A stretch of DNA of 64,000 nt from Pelagomonas calceolata (GCA_918797485.1 CAKKNE010000001.1:1178001-1242000); one strand, 5' to 3'. Positions 1-11,057 are shown, counted from the first letter of the stretch. The notes: generated by a model not told the origin, from the letters alone. Program-made: numbers and translations.

Positions 1-2188
1 AAGAATCCTTCCGCTGTTCCACAGCCGACTCGATGTCGGAGTCATCGGAACCCTGGGACATGTCGTCAGCGGAAGCCCGCGCCGCGCCGGCCGTCGGCGA
101 CGGCCACCCCGCGCTGCTGTCCGAGTCGGTCTCGATGGCCGCCCGCCGTGCCGCGACGGCGGCGTCGAGCGGCGACAGCTTCGGCGGCGCGGGCGCGGGC
201 GCGGGCGCCTCGTCGTCCCAGTCGTCAATGGTGTGGATCTCGCCCGACGTCTGCGCGACGGGCGCCGTCGACGACGACGCCTCGCGCGAGGGCGCGCCCC
301 AGTCGTCGCCGCTGTCCGAGTCGTCGTCATCATTACCACCGGTCGGCGCCGTGATACCCACGACGCCCTCGGCCGTGTCGTCCTGGCCGTAGCCACCTGA
401 AACGGGTTTGGCGTCGGGCCAGGCGTCGCCGCTGTCGTCGTCGCTGCCGTCGTCGGAGCGGATCGTGTCGAGGCGCCGCGGTGGCGCTTTCGATGGCATT
501 GCGGGCGTCGCCGCGGGCTCCGGCCAGCCCTCGCTGCTGTCGTCCGAGTCGCTCGGCGGCGCGGGGGGCGCGTCCTTCGTCGCTTGTGGTGGCGGTGGTG
601 GTTCGTCGACGTCGAAGGAGTACGCGGGCCCGCGGCCGCCGTCGTCCGACGCCGTCGGCGGCGCGGGCCAGCCCTCTTCGTCATCATCGTCCGACGGCGC
701 AGGCCTTCTGGGCGACGCCCGCGCGGCGTCGAGGGGCGTCGCCCGTCTTTGTGGAGGCGGCTCGGCCTCGTCGGAGGACGAGCTGTCTTTCACCGGCGAC
801 TTTGCCGACCGCTCGACCAGCTCCTCGTGGAGCCCTTCCAGCTCCGCGAGGTGCTGCTCCGCCTCCAATAACTCGTCATCATCAACATCCTCGTGGCCGT
901 CGAGGGCCTCCAATGTATTGGCGATGGACGCCTCGAGCGCCTGTAACCGGTCGTCGTGGGGCGGCTCTTTTTCAGCATGTTCGAGGACGGCCGCCGCGTG
1001 CTCCGCGACGGCGCGCTCCTTCTGCAGCCGTCGCTCCAGCTTCTGGACCTTCTTTTGCAAATCGCGCGCGGCGCGCGAATCCGGCGACTGCGGCGGCTTC
1101 GCCCGCTCCTTGTCTAGTTCGGACCGCACCTCTTGCAGTTGCGTCGACAACTCCCGTTCTCGCTCCGAAATCTGCTTCCGGCCCTGCAGCCGCAGCTCGT
1201 CGATGGAATGGGCGAGCTCCGCGTGTCTCAATGACGTGTCCACAAGCTGTGCCTCGGCCTCGGCGAGCCTCGCCTGGTGCGACGCGCTTTGAGCCGCATA
1301 CGCCTCCTTCTCTCTGAGGACGTCGTCGTGTGCTTTCCTCGTCTGCGTCAGCTCCTCCTCGAGCATCTGATATTGTTTGGAACTTTGATCCATGAATAAC
1401 CGTTCGTCGTCTTTTGATGATGACAGTAGCCGCTGCAATTCCGCCTCGCGCTGCGCGGCCTTCTTGTCGTGCTTCTTCAATGCATCCTCGAGGCGTATCT
1501 TCTCAGAATCGCGCTGCGTGAGCTCCGCTTGTAAACGAGCCGCCTCGACCTGGAGCCGCGCGGCCTCGATGCGCGCCTGCTTCGCCTCCTCGCGCGTCTC
1601 GTCCAAGACCTTCGACGAGGCGGCCTCTAACTTCAGTGGAGACCGCCGCGGCGCATCCAATGCGACCTGCTGGAGGCGCTTCGGTGAGTTTGGGGCCTTG
1701 CCCCGCGGCGACCACGGCGGTCTCGACGGGGACGAGGGAGCGTCGCCAACAGCGGCGTAGCCCGCCTTGTACGCCTCTTTAAGATGGGAGGCCGTGCCCG
1801 TCAGCAGGGCATCCTCATCATCATCCCACGTCGCCTCGATGGCTTTCGGAGAGGCTAATCTCAAGGAAGAATGCATCGACGGCGGCCGCCGTCGCGGCGC
1901 GCGGCGCTTCGGCGGCGGCCTTAAAGGTCGGCCCGAGGCCAGGACCTCCCTGGCTCTATGTGCATTAGTCCCATATGTCACCGCGCCGCCTCGTTCGACG
2001 CCGCGGTGGACGCCGCACCTTTTGGCGGCGTACGACTCCAGGAGCGTGCCGATGTCACCCACCGACGGCACTGGTCGTATACCCAAACCCATGAGGTAGC
2101 GGCGGTACTCGGCTCGCGTCCAGCTCGTCCCCAGAGGCATGGGCGCGCAGACCAACAAGCGGAAGGCGCGGCCGTCCGGCGCCGCCAT
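1..2188 (-). CDS. Hypothetical coiled-coil protein with acidic low-complexity C-terminal part (runs off window start)
   Basis: ATG at 2188 (MAAPDGRAF...). The frame is open where spot-checked down to base 1 and has an E/K/R/A-rich middle. The Ser-rich plus-strand ORFs 33-2099 are its antisense shadows. Confidence 0.7.
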   Translation of the reverse strand, partial: MAAPDGRAFRLLVCAPMPLGTSWTRAEYRRYLMGLGIRPVPSVGDIGTLLESYAAKRCGVHRGVERGGAVTYGTNAHRAREVLASGRPLRPPPKRRAPRRRPPSMHSSLRLASPKAIEATWDDDEDALLTGTASHLKEAYKAGYAAVGDAPSSPSRPPWSPRGKAPNSPKRLQQVALDAPRRSPLKLEAASSKVLDETREEAKQARIEAARLQVEAARLQAELTQRDSEKIRLEDALKKHDKKAAQREAELQRLLSSSKDDERLFMDQSSKQYQMLEEELTQTRKAHDDVLREKEAYAAQSASHQARLAEAEAQLVDTSLRHAELAHSIDELRLQGRKQISERERELSTQLQEVRSELDKERAKPPQSPDSRAARDLQKKVQKLERRLQKERAVAEHAAAVLEHAEKEPPHDDRLQALEASIANTLEALDGHEDVDDDELLEAEQHLAELEGLHEELVERSAKSPVKDSSSSDEAEPPPQRRATPLDAARASPRRPAPSDDDDEEGWPAPPTASDDGGRGPAYSFDVDEPPPPPQATKDAPPAPPSDSDDSSEGWPEPAATPAMPSKAPPRRLDTIRSDDGSDDDSGDAWPDAKPVSGGYGQDDTAEGVVGITAPTGGNDDDDSDSGDDWGAPSREASSSTAPVAQTSGEIHTIDDWDDEAPAPAPAPPKLSPLDAAVAARRAAIETDSDSSAGWPSPTAGAARASADDMSQGSDDSDIESAVEQRKDS

Positions 2189-2345
2189 GGCTGCTGCTCG
2201 AACCGATGCGGCTGCCCGACGGCGTCCGCTCCGACCGGCGGCGCTTCGAAACTATTGCTTGAATCGATTGCTTGAAATCGATGTGACCGAGGCTGCCCGA
2301 TGGGCGTCGCGCTGCGGATTCTAAGCTCACAAACCGCTCAGGATG

Positions 2346-2368
2346 CTAGTGTCTTACAAGCCGCTAGC
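2346..2368 (+). promoter_or_regulatory. CTAG-box (CTAGTGTCTTACAAGCCGCTAGC), upstream of the 2188(-) gene
   Basis: Recurrent 22-23 bp motif in upstream/divergent spacers; near-identical to the copies at 10850 and 25221. Confidence 0.6.
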
Positions 2369-2479
2369 TGCGGATTTCCTGGGGGAGTCGCGCTCCGACA
2401 ACGCGGGTTTCCGACGTCTCTCTCGGCGTGACATATATATAGTTGGTATCATCTTTATACTCCCGCGCGCGACGCCTAT

Positions 2480-2812
2480 TTAGAGCCCGAGCTTCTCGAC
2501 GAGGCGCGCCTTCAGGACGGCCTTGAGCCCGGAGGTCTCGCATCCGAGCTCCGTGAGCGCGGCCTTGAGCCTCGGGACGGTCATCGCGTTGACCTCAGCC
2601 TGGGACCACTTCGGCGTCGCTGGCGATGCCTCCGGCGCCGCCGTCGGCGAGGGCGAGGCGTCGGCGGCGCCTTTCTGGCTCTTGGCCGGCGGCGGCGCCG
2701 AGTCCGCCTCGTCTTGACACGCCTTATCGTTCCAGGTCTTCTGGGCCGCCTCGTCCAGCCCCTTCCACATCTGGGCGAGGGCTCTCGTCGCTTCTAGTCC
2801 CGTCACCGCCAA
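2480..2812 (-). pseudogene. 5'-truncated HMG-box + SAP-domain gene fragment
   Basis: C-terminal half of an HMG box (ALAQMWKGLDEAAQKTW) and a SAP motif (MTVPRLKAALTELGCETSGLKAVLKARL). No in-frame ATG lies ahead of the HMG half and there is an in-frame stop ~14 codons upstream. Confidence 0.6.
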
Positions 2813-3328
2813 CGTACTAACTTTAATCAGGATATCAGCGCGTGGAATACCTCTTCAGTGACCACCATGGAGGGCATGTTCGAATGCTGCACTCGATTCA
2901 ATCAGAATATCGGTGCCTGGGACGTCTCATCGGTTACGAATATGAGATCGATGTTTTGGGATGCTGAGCGCTATACAGGTGCAGGTATTGGCGCGTGGGA
3001 CGTTTCTTCGGTGACAGATACGTGGGGAATGTTCAATGGTGCTGTTGTCTTCAATGGTGACATCGGCGCCTGGGATCTGTCGTCGGCCGAGATTACGTCT
3101 GCCATGTTCTCAGGCGCGAGTTCTTTCTCTCGAGACCTCCGCGGCTGGAACGTCGCGCCAGCGCAGGCGTATGAAATGTTCGAGGACTGTGGTTCCTTCG
3201 ATTTGAGGAACCTGCCTCCGGCTCTCGTCGGACGGCAGCACGAGATCTTGGAGGAGGAGTTCAACGGCCGAGAGTCGGACACCGAGCCGGAGTCGGAGGA
3301 CGAGTGGGACTCGGACTCTGACGCGTAA
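2813..3328 (+). pseudogene. BspA-like / DUF285 repeat protein, 5'-truncated
   Basis: Repeats FNQDISAWNTSSVTTMEGMF, FNQNIGAWDVSSVTNMRSMF, FNGDIGAWDLSS. The frame begins mid-repeat at ~2813-2819, with an upstream stop at 2795. Confidence 0.7.
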
Positions 3329-3396
3329 GATTTTCTGTTTTCCATCGAAGCCATCGCCGCGCGCCCCGCAAACCAGAATTATATGTACAACAAGTA

Positions 3397-5736
3397 TTAT
3401 AGATACGGCGCCGACGCGGGCGGCGCGGAAGGAGGCGAGTCGTCCTCCGAGTCCGGCAGCGCCATGGCCCAGAAAGCGTGCGTGCCTTTTCTCTTCAGTA
3501 GTCTCATGGACCCCCGCACGACTCTGACGACGTCCGGTACTTCTCTGATAGCCTCAAATAATCGATCCAGGTGGTCCCGGTCGTCGACATGAACGGTATA
3601 TTGAAAAGCAGCTTGCCCACCGGGAGCGCGCGTCTCCGACATCACGTCGACGATGTTGACCATGGAGACCGCTTGCGAGACATCTAAGAGCATCCGCGTG
3701 CGGTCGCGCCCGAACACGACTAGTGAAGAATCATAGCCAAGGACTTCACCGGTAAAAGCGTCCTTGACTTTCGAGGAAGGACCTAAGGCCTGCCTCACGG
3801 CGTCGTAATCATCATCATTCATCGCTAGGGCCGCGCCGTCGACGAAGCGCGCCCCAGGTCGCTCTAGTTCCCTCCTCAAAACTTCGCAGTCGCAGTTGGC
3901 CCTATGTACGGTACCTCGCGTCGAGTGCTGGGCCGCCACCCCATGCACGGCATCACCCGGCAACGGCCGACAGACGCTACAAAGCTGCCAGGGCTCCCGC
4001 TCCTGTAAGGGCAGTTCTTCCTGGGCGGCAAAAGAAATAATATCGCCGTTCCGCAGGACGTAGGACGACGCCTCGGAGACCTCATTGACCAAGGCGCCGC
4101 CCTGCACGTCGATGCCCCAGTCGCCGCCCTGGATGACATGTGCCACCGCATCATTTAATGTTGCGCCCTTCGCGAGATTGAGAATCCTCCCTTGGGGCGC
4201 GAAGACAAAGACCCTACTGCCCAATAGCTCGTTACGTACAAGCTCCATAAATACCGAAGCCGAATCGACTTGGGCCTCCCATTCCCCAATAATCTGCAGC
4301 CAGGGTAGGGACGCGGTCTCGTCCTTATAAGACCAATGTGCTGCGGCGCCGAGCTCCGCGACGCGGTGCATGTCGTCGGTCCTTATTTGTACTTCTAGAG
4401 GCTGGGAACCAACTAACACTGTGGTATGTAAGGATCTATAACCATTGGGTTTTGGCGAACTAATATAATCTTTGAGCGTGCGAGGTAGGGGCGTCCACCG
4501 GCCATGCACCTTCCCTAGGACGTGATAACATAAAGCCGTGTCGTCTTCTACCGACTCTGTGGTGTCATCGGCCTCCAGAATGACGCGCAACGCCACGAGG
4601 TCGTCGACGCGCTCCAAGCCGCACTGCTGCCTTCTCATCTTCTTCCACGTACTATACGCTGATTTTGTTCTCCCTTCGACCCTAATTCTTCGAGCTCGAC
4701 CCCTCACAAGCTCGTCCCCGTACAGCATCTCCTCGAGTTGCTGCCGACAAGACTCGAGAGCGGCTTCGCACCTCTTCCTACGACCTTTGATAGCCGTATC
4801 CAGCGCCAGGTACTCGCCAGGGTATAAATGCCGGAAGGCTGCGTCTTCCAATTCGGTCTTGTACGTCCAGATACCTAACCGATGCGCTAACGGCGCGAAG
4901 ATCTCGAGCGTCTCGCGCGCGATCCTCGTCCGCTTCTTCGGCGGCATGAACTCCAGGGTGCGCATGTTGTGCAACCTATCAGCAAGCTTGACGACCACAA
5001 CCCTCCAGTCGCCGGCCATGGCCACGAACCTGCGCGGATATCAAGCTTTTACGGCGCGTTACGCCATCGACGCGACGCTTGCTCGACGGCGTGCACCCGA
5101 CGCACTGGTTTGATTTCCACACGCTGCCACGCACATGCTCCGCATGTTCTCGACCTGCTCCCGTTCGGCGTCCCAGTCCGGCGTATTTAACTCCCGGGCC
5201 ATCTTCGGGAGCTTCGAGACCTTCGTCTCGCCCTCGACGATGCCTCGCACGTCGCGCCCGAACATCGCCTCCACTTCTTGAAAGGTCATGTCCGTGTCTT
5301 CGACCGTGTCGTGCAATAATCCACTAACAACAGCGTCGCGGTCCATCCTCGTTTCTGCGAGGATGGATGCTACTGCAACAGGGTGAGTGACGAACGGCTG
5401 CCCGGAGCGCCGCGTCTGGCCGCGATGCGCCAAGAAGGCGACCTCGAGAGCGTACCTTACTGCTTGCCGCGCCGACGGCCGCAGATAAGTGGTAGCTTTC
5501 TGCAGCTGCTCCGCATAGGTCAACATCTCGAGCGCGTCTTCGGGCCGCGCGGTCTCGAGTCGTTCGAACAACGACGGGGCGTGCTCCCGGATTTCCGCAG
5601 CATAGGCGAAGGCCTCCTCCACGTTCTCGAGGTCGACCTTCGGTACGACGGCCTGGAACCTCGCGTGGGGGCGCCGCGAAGGAGGGCTCAGCCAGGCGCT
5701 GGCCGGGGCCGCGGCCAGGAGCCAGAGCAGCCGCAT
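3397..5736 (-). CDS. RSH: Plastid-targeted long RelA/SpoT homologue ((p)ppGpp synthetase/hydrolase); exons 5736-5135, 5029-3397
   Basis: Signal peptide + ASAWLSP. HD motif [47 protein letters not shown]-like segment, [15 protein letters not shown] zinc finger, ACT-like C-terminus. Splicing restores ENMRSM|FVAM. Confidence 0.93.
5030..5134 (-). mobile_element. Introner-derived intron (105 nt, GT-AG)
   Basis: GTGCGTGG...CGCGCAG, followed by exon GTTCGTGG (7/8 TSD). Contains GTGTGGAAATCAA and three blocks shared with the 30783-30960 element. Confidence 0.9.
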
Positions 5737-6105
5737 GCGGGTTGATCTTCTTCCCATGATCACTTCTAAGCAATTCTGATCATCTCCGTAGGCGCTTTAT
5801 CTCCCGATCCCGTGTTGCTCGCGTAAGCAGGAGCTAGCGAAATATCGTGCTATAGACACACTAGACCGGAGAGGCACCAAAGAGCAAGCGCCCAAACACC
5901 GTCGCTGTGCGTCGCCAGGGCCCGTTATCGCGTATCCGCTCTCCTTCTTGAAGCACCTGCAGCGGGCTGCAACGCCGCCGCTCGTCGCTACAGCCTAGGC
6001 ACTCAGCACTCCCTCGCCGCCGCTGTGTCAACTCAGAGCAGCGAGCGCGACGCAGTCAACCAGCCGCCGCCGCCGCATCAATAGCCGCGCGCAGCCGTAG
6101 CAAAG

Positions 6106-6795
6106 ATGCCGAGGCCACACCTCCTCCTCGCGCTCGCCATGACATCGGCCTTCGCGCCGGCGCCGCGCACGAAACAACGCCTGGTGGACCGCCAGATGAG
6201 GTGGCCCTGGCAAAAGAAACAACAAGCGGAAGAAGGGGAAGGCGGCGACGACATCACGAACTCGCCCGTCTTCCTCCAGAAGAAGGTCGGGGTCCTCCAG
6301 AACGAGCTCGTACAACTTGATAAGGACATCGCGGCCGCCGAGGCCAAGAAACAGGAGAACTGGGACGAGTGGGGCTCGCAGATCGAGAATATGAGGAATG
6401 AGTTCGCCGCCGTGAAGAAGCGGACGCAGGAAGCTCGTACTAGAGCAGAAGCTGTGGAAAGAGCGGGTGTGCTGGATCAGCTCCTAGGCCCGATCGACAA
6501 CTTCGACCGGGCCATTGTGGCGCAAAAAACTAGAGCTGATGCGAGCGAGGGCGTCCAGAAGGTCGTGGAGCGGTACACGGGTCCCGTGGCTGCTGCTTTT
6601 GACGAGGCCTTCAAGGAACTCGGCGCGGAGAAGATCGACGAAGTAGGTGTCCCGTTCGACCCCACGATCCACGAGGCGGCCATGACGGACTTCGATGAAA
6701 ATGCCGAGCCGGACACCGTCATCAAGGTGTTCCAGTACGGCGTCAAGGTGGGAGACCGGCTCATCCGGCCGGCGACGGTCGTCGTGAGCATGTAG
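6106..6795 (+). CDS. grpE: Plastid GrpE nucleotide exchange factor
   Basis: Signal + TSAFAP; IDNFDRA, GVPFDPTIHEA, VFQYGVKVGDRLIRPATVVVS. Confidence 0.92.
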   Translation: MPRPHLLLALAMTSAFAPAPRTKQRLVDRQMRWPWQKKQQAEEGEGGDDITNSPVFLQKKVGVLQNELVQLDKDIAAAEAKKQENWDEWGSQIENMRNEFAAVKKRTQEARTRAEAVERAGVLDQLLGPIDNFDRAIVAQKTRADASEGVQKVVERYTGPVAAAFDEAFKELGAEKIDEVGVPFDPTIHEAAMTDFDENAEPDTVIKVFQYGVKVGDRLIRPATVVVSM

Positions 6796-6936
6796 TCCCT
6801 AAGATAGTTAGATTTCAAACTTCGCGTCGATGGCGTGTTGGTGGGTAGAAGCGTGCCCAAACACGCCGTCGCCGCGGCGGCGGTACCTAGTACACTCATA
6901 TGTTACTGCCGCGCCGCCGGCGTTTAGATAAGAAAG

Positions 6937-8280
6937 CTACTCGAGCACGGTCACGACGCAGTTCGCGTGGCCCTCGCCACTCGCGCGGGCAGCCCGAACT
7001 TCGTCCATGGCCCGCAGGTGCATTTGGGCACGCTCGGACGCGTAGTCCCGCCGGAACTTGCGCGCCGGTACTTGTATGGCCGTCGCGCGGGGCACAAAAG
7101 ATAATGAAGAAGCGGACGCCCGCCACACGAGCGAGTAGCTCCTCACCACGTTGAACACGGCCCGCGGGCCCACGCGCAGCGTCAGAGCGGGATCATTGCC
7201 GTCTGATCCTTCAAAAGCAGCGAGCCACAGCTCCGCCGTTGTCGCGTGTTGGAGCGTCGCGTCGTGGGCTTCTATGGACGCGCGTCTTTTCAAAGTGCCG
7301 CCGCTCGTTCCCGCATACAAGTTCAAACGCCGTCCGGTCGCGTTGCGGATACAAACCGCGCACGCCCGTGATACTTCGTCCGGCGGCGCTTGTAACGCCT
7401 TTCCCAAGTTGTCCGGCGCCCGGACCGGCCTCGCGGGCGGCACGCGCGCCGCGACGACGTCATTTGTGCCCGTGAGGAACGTTGCGGTAGGGTTCTCAGG
7501 TTCCTCTTCGAACAGCAGCTCGACGTCCTCGCCGTTGTCCCTAGCTTCAAAGTAGGCGTCCTGGAACTCATCCAAATCCTCGAAGCCTATCAATCTCAAC
7601 CCCGCGCGCATCCATTCATATGAAGCTGCTTGTGACTTTGTATGTACTTTATGTACTACGATAGAACCGTCCTTCTTGCCCTCGAGCTCGAGGCCCATCG
7701 GACTTGAGGTAGAGAAGCGCGCGCGCGGCTCCTCCTTCTTCGGGGGTGGCGACGGCGGCCTATCGTACTCCGAGTCCGAGTCCGAGTCCCCGTACACCGA
7801 AGAAGCCGTCGTTAAAGCAACGGTAAAATCCCCCGGTGCATCTGACTCGTCGTCCATCTGCCCAGAGCGCAGCTTGACGCGCTTGCGGGAACGCGGTTGT
7901 AAGTATAACACTTTCAGTGCTTGGTCGTTGTCGTCTCTGCTTAGCCACAGCTCCGCTTCCTCAGTAGAATCATTTGCTATAACTAGTACCTCGTCCACAG
8001 CAGACTCAAAACCTTGGTAGGGCTTCGTGAACGTCTTCTTCTCGTCGATTACCACGCGCGGCGTCGGCGCCTCGCCGACGTTGTGTGGGGCTATGATGCC
8101 GTCCAAGTCCACATCTCTTAAATTCTTCGACGGGACGCGGAGCGGGATCTTGCGAGACGGTTTGCTGATCACGGGCTTGGTCGGTGTTGGGTGTCGAGCT
8201 ACGGCTGCGTCGGGCTCCCATTTGGTCGGCGACAGGTCCAAGCGGTCGAAGCGCGGCAGGCCGTTGTCCAGGCTCGACAT
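6937..8280 (-). CDS. Hypothetical protein with PDZ-like and VHL-beta-like segments
   Basis: 447-aa ORF. PMGLELEGKKDGSIVVHKVHTKSQA resembles PDZ; VCIRNATGRRLNLY...QHATTAELWLA resembles VHL beta. Both domain calls are by eye. Confidence 0.6.
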   Translation of the reverse strand: MSSLDNGLPRFDRLDLSPTKWEPDAAVARHPTPTKPVISKPSRKIPLRVPSKNLRDVDLDGIIAPHNVGEAPTPRVVIDEKKTFTKPYQGFESAVDEVLVIANDSTEEAELWLSRDDNDQALKVLYLQPRSRKRVKLRSGQMDDESDAPGDFTVALTTASSVYGDSDSDSEYDRPPSPPPKKEEPRARFSTSSPMGLELEGKKDGSIVVHKVHTKSQAASYEWMRAGLRLIGFEDLDEFQDAYFEARDNGEDVELLFEEEPENPTATFLTGTNDVVAARVPPARPVRAPDNLGKALQAPPDEVSRACAVCIRNATGRRLNLYAGTSGGTLKRRASIEAHDATLQHATTAELWLAAFEGSDGNDPALTLRVGPRAVFNVVRSYSLVWRASASSLSFVPRATAIQVPARKFRRDYASERAQMHLRAMDEVRAARASGEGHANCVVTVLE

Positions 8281-8555
8281 CGTTCGAGGGGGCTGCCCTG
8301 GTGCGTCGTCGCAAGAGGTGCGCGGCGGCGCCGAGGCGACTGCTGCTTTTGTTGGAGGTGGCCTCGCGGTCGTCGCGTCGAGCCGTGCCTCGCTCTATGG
8401 GCCTGCACGGCGCGGGGCAGCCCTTTGGCCGGCGCTGGCTGGGCTCCGTTTTGCAGGCTTTTGCAATTAATTTTAATTGCACCCGATGTGCGCAGGCGTC
8501 GTAGGCGCCTCCTCTGGGGCCTGAGGGGTCGCGCCGCGACCTGTGGAATGTGGTT

Positions 8556-8577
8556 GCTAGCGGCTGCAAGGCACTAG
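8556..8577 (-). promoter_or_regulatory. CTAG-box (CTAGTGCCTTGCAGCCGCTAGC) in divergent spacer
   Basis: Lies between 8280(-) and 8853(+). Confidence 0.55.
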
Positions 8578-8852
8578 GAAGCGCCCAGCCAGCTGATGCG
8601 AGTTGCTGCGCAGCAGTGCTCACGCGTTGCGCATCAGGACCTCGGCAGTGCACAGCATTAGTGCGCTGCAAACGTGCGGCATCGATAGCCTCGCTGCTGT
8701 GCTGCTGGAGCTGCCTGTGAGAGCTGCACCTGCTCAGCTCAGCGCTGCGCGGACCGCTGCCGCGACGCGTCATAATTCGCAGCCGCATACGCGTCGGAAC
8801 GGCTGCGCGCGTAGCTGCACGCCATCGCCGCGCCGCGCGCCACACGCCCGCG

Positions 8853-9050
8853 ATGGGACTCGTCCACGAGCGCCTCCTCAACGCCACCTACTGGAAAGAA
8901 ATCGTGGGAGACGCGCCGGAGGAGGGCGTCGACCCGCTCGTGCTCAAGCTGTTCGCGGGCGTCATGCTCCTCTGGGTCTTGTTTGGACCTTGCTTGACCT
9001 ACGCCGTGGAGCTGAGCGGTAGGAGGCGGAAGCGACTAAAGCAGGACTAG
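8853..9050 (+). CDS. Small single-pass membrane protein
   Basis: 65 aa, one hydrophobic helix followed by a basic tail; coding-like codon usage. Confidence 0.55.
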   Translation: MGLVHERLLNATYWKEIVGDAPEEGVDPLVLKLFAGVMLLWVLFGPCLTYAVELSGRRRKRLKQD

Positions 9051-9149
9051 TATTACGCATACCCCACCCGCACGCCATCGCCGCGACCGCGTCGACGGCG
9101 CGGAGAGGATACGACGTCGAAAAAAGAGGGAAACACAGTTAGAGAGAAA

Positions 9150-10439
9150 CTACCAGTCGCCGTACCGGTAGTCGTCGTAGCTCCCCGGCGCGTGGAAGAG
9201 CCAGAACGACGGGAAGACGCGCTCGCCCTCGAGCGTCTCGAGGTGCTCGACGAGCTCCATCGTCGAGATTTTAGAGGAGGCGTGCTCGGCCAGCTTCCCG
9301 ACGATCTCGTCGCGATGCGAGTTCAACTTCGCGTGCCACTTCATCTCCGAGATATAATGTTCCACGTTATGAATCTGCATGTAGTCGTACTCGTCGTCCT
9401 CGGGCTCCTCGGACGGCTCGAACTGATGGCAGCGGTGCTTCTTGAGCTGCGGTTCTAGGCTCTTCAGCTTCTTCTCCGCTTCCCGCCAGCTTAACCGGGG
9501 AGCCGTTTCATTACTACTGACAGCATCCCAAGCACCAGGATAGCCGAGCGCGTCGCCCAATTTTGTTAACTCCTCGAACAGCGGGTCCGCCTCCGTCAGC
9601 GTCGCCCGCGGTTGCAGGCCATCTTCTTTCGCCGCCGTATCATTGAAATGGTGCGCAAAACTCTCGGCGAAGTGCTCGACGACCTCATTCCGCCACTGCT
9701 CGTCGCGCTTCCGCGCCGCCTCTTCGTCGTAGTGGTCGTCGGACCAATTCGGCGTATAATCATCAGTGTGCTCCTGGAAGCCGTCTCCATCAATATCGCC
9801 CGGTTGCTGGTGCTTCGCCTTGAGAAAAGCATCTCGCTCGACCTTGTCCTTTCGTAACTCCTCGAGGACCTCCTGGTGGAGCGCGTCGTGCCTCTGCTTC
9901 GCCTGGGCACCTGAAGACATCATCGGTTGGAGGATTCTCGCATCAATAACAGTTCTGAGTTCCTCGAACAACGCATCCACGGCGTCCTCCAAGTAGGGCT
10001 TCACGGCATCTCTAGCTTGGAACGTGACCGCCGCGTCGCCGATGGCCGCGGCATCTAGAGCTCTCGTGACATTTTTTCTATGTAACTTCTCCAATTCTCT
10101 GAGTCGCGAACGCAACCGAAGGGCGATCTCCGTCTCCTTCATCTCCTGCTCGAGGTGCTGCTCGAGCTCCTGGCCGATGGACGTGAATCTACTATGGGCC
10201 GTGTGTTGCGCGGCTCGCGCGCGCGCTCGTTTCGCCGCGAGCATGGGGGCTATGCGTCTGAGAGCTGCGTCGCTCTGCCACACGAATAGACCGGCGGCGA
10301 GTAACACTAAGAAGATGCATGACAGATATTTACAGCACGTGTTCCGCTGGACGACCAACGCGGGCTCTTTCGAGTGCTCGTCCTTGGTTCTTCTAAAGCC
10401 GGCGGCGCCCTCCAAGTCCATGGCGGTCTGGGGGATCAT
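9150..10439 (-). CDS. Type II membrane coiled-coil protein
   Basis: 429-aa ORF with an N-terminal TM helix (CIFLVLLAAGLFVW) followed by coiled-coil/acidic regions. Confidence 0.75.
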   Translation of the reverse strand: MIPQTAMDLEGAAGFRRTKDEHSKEPALVVQRNTCCKYLSCIFLVLLAAGLFVWQSDAALRRIAPMLAAKRARARAAQHTAHSRFTSIGQELEQHLEQEMKETEIALRLRSRLRELEKLHRKNVTRALDAAAIGDAAVTFQARDAVKPYLEDAVDALFEELRTVIDARILQPMMSSGAQAKQRHDALHQEVLEELRKDKVERDAFLKAKHQQPGDIDGDGFQEHTDDYTPNWSDDHYDEEAARKRDEQWRNEVVEHFAESFAHHFNDTAAKEDGLQPRATLTEADPLFEELTKLGDALGYPGAWDAVSSNETAPRLSWREAEKKLKSLEPQLKKHRCHQFEPSEEPEDDEYDYMQIHNVEHYISEMKWHAKLNSHRDEIVGKLAEHASSKISTMELVEHLETLEGERVFPSFWLFHAPGSYDDYRYGDW

Positions 10440-10849
10440 TGTTATCTCGCGTCTTGTTCGGTCGCGCGGTGTTGATCGCTTCCGCGGCAGCGGCGTATTA
10501 TTGCTGCTGCTTGTGAGCGGCGGTGAGCGCGCGGTTTTTTGCTTTGCGGCGCGCGCGGCGGGACACGCGGCACTTTCTCCTGAGGCTGGGGCTGTGGGTC
10601 ACGGCTGATCCGCGGCCTCTGTGGTAACAAGCGCGCGCAGCTGCGCAGTCGTTCGCTAGAGGAGAGTTGCGCAACGACAGCTGCGCAACCTATTATAAGC
10701 TGGCGTGCAGGACGGCGGCGGCGACTTGGCTCGAGCTCTCTGTTTTTTTTGCGCCTAGCTCGGTCCACCAGCGCTCCGGTGGAGGATCGGAAGCGGTCGA
10801 GAGGCGTCCGCTTGACCGATTCACCGAAGATGGGTCCCGGAGCTTCCTG

Positions 10850-10872
10850 CTAGTGTCTTACAGGACGCTAAG
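10850..10872 (+). promoter_or_regulatory. CTAG-box (CTAGTGTCTTACAGGACGCTAAG) in divergent spacer
   Basis: Lies between 10439(-) and 11058(+); first 21 nt identical to the 25221 copy. Confidence 0.6.
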
Positions 10873-11057
10873 CCAGTCTCCGCAGGCTTGCCGAAAAAAA
10901 CGAGCTATTCGCAGCCGCTGAATCGTCAATCAGCCACACCGATCGCCATCTGAAGCCAGCAGCCGAGCGAAAGGAGCTGCCGAAGCGCGACGCGCCGAAA
11001 CGTTTTGGCCGCAGAGCACTGTGCCATAACACTGTGAGAGCCCACAACAACAAAAAC

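Noticed and set aside
33..2099. Ser-rich plus-strand ORFs
   Set aside because: Antisense shadows of the Asp/Glu-rich minus-strand CDS.
4969..5190. Apparent frameshifts splitting RSH (and similarly the kinesin, CCD, TRM11 and RING genes)
   Set aside because: All are resolved by short introns, so these are not pseudogenes.
3397..6795. Bacterial origin or contamination suggested by RelA/SpoT, GrpE and FtsH
   Set aside because: Spliceosomal introns, bipartite targeting peptides and eukaryote-specific neighbours (kinesin, CWC21, RING).
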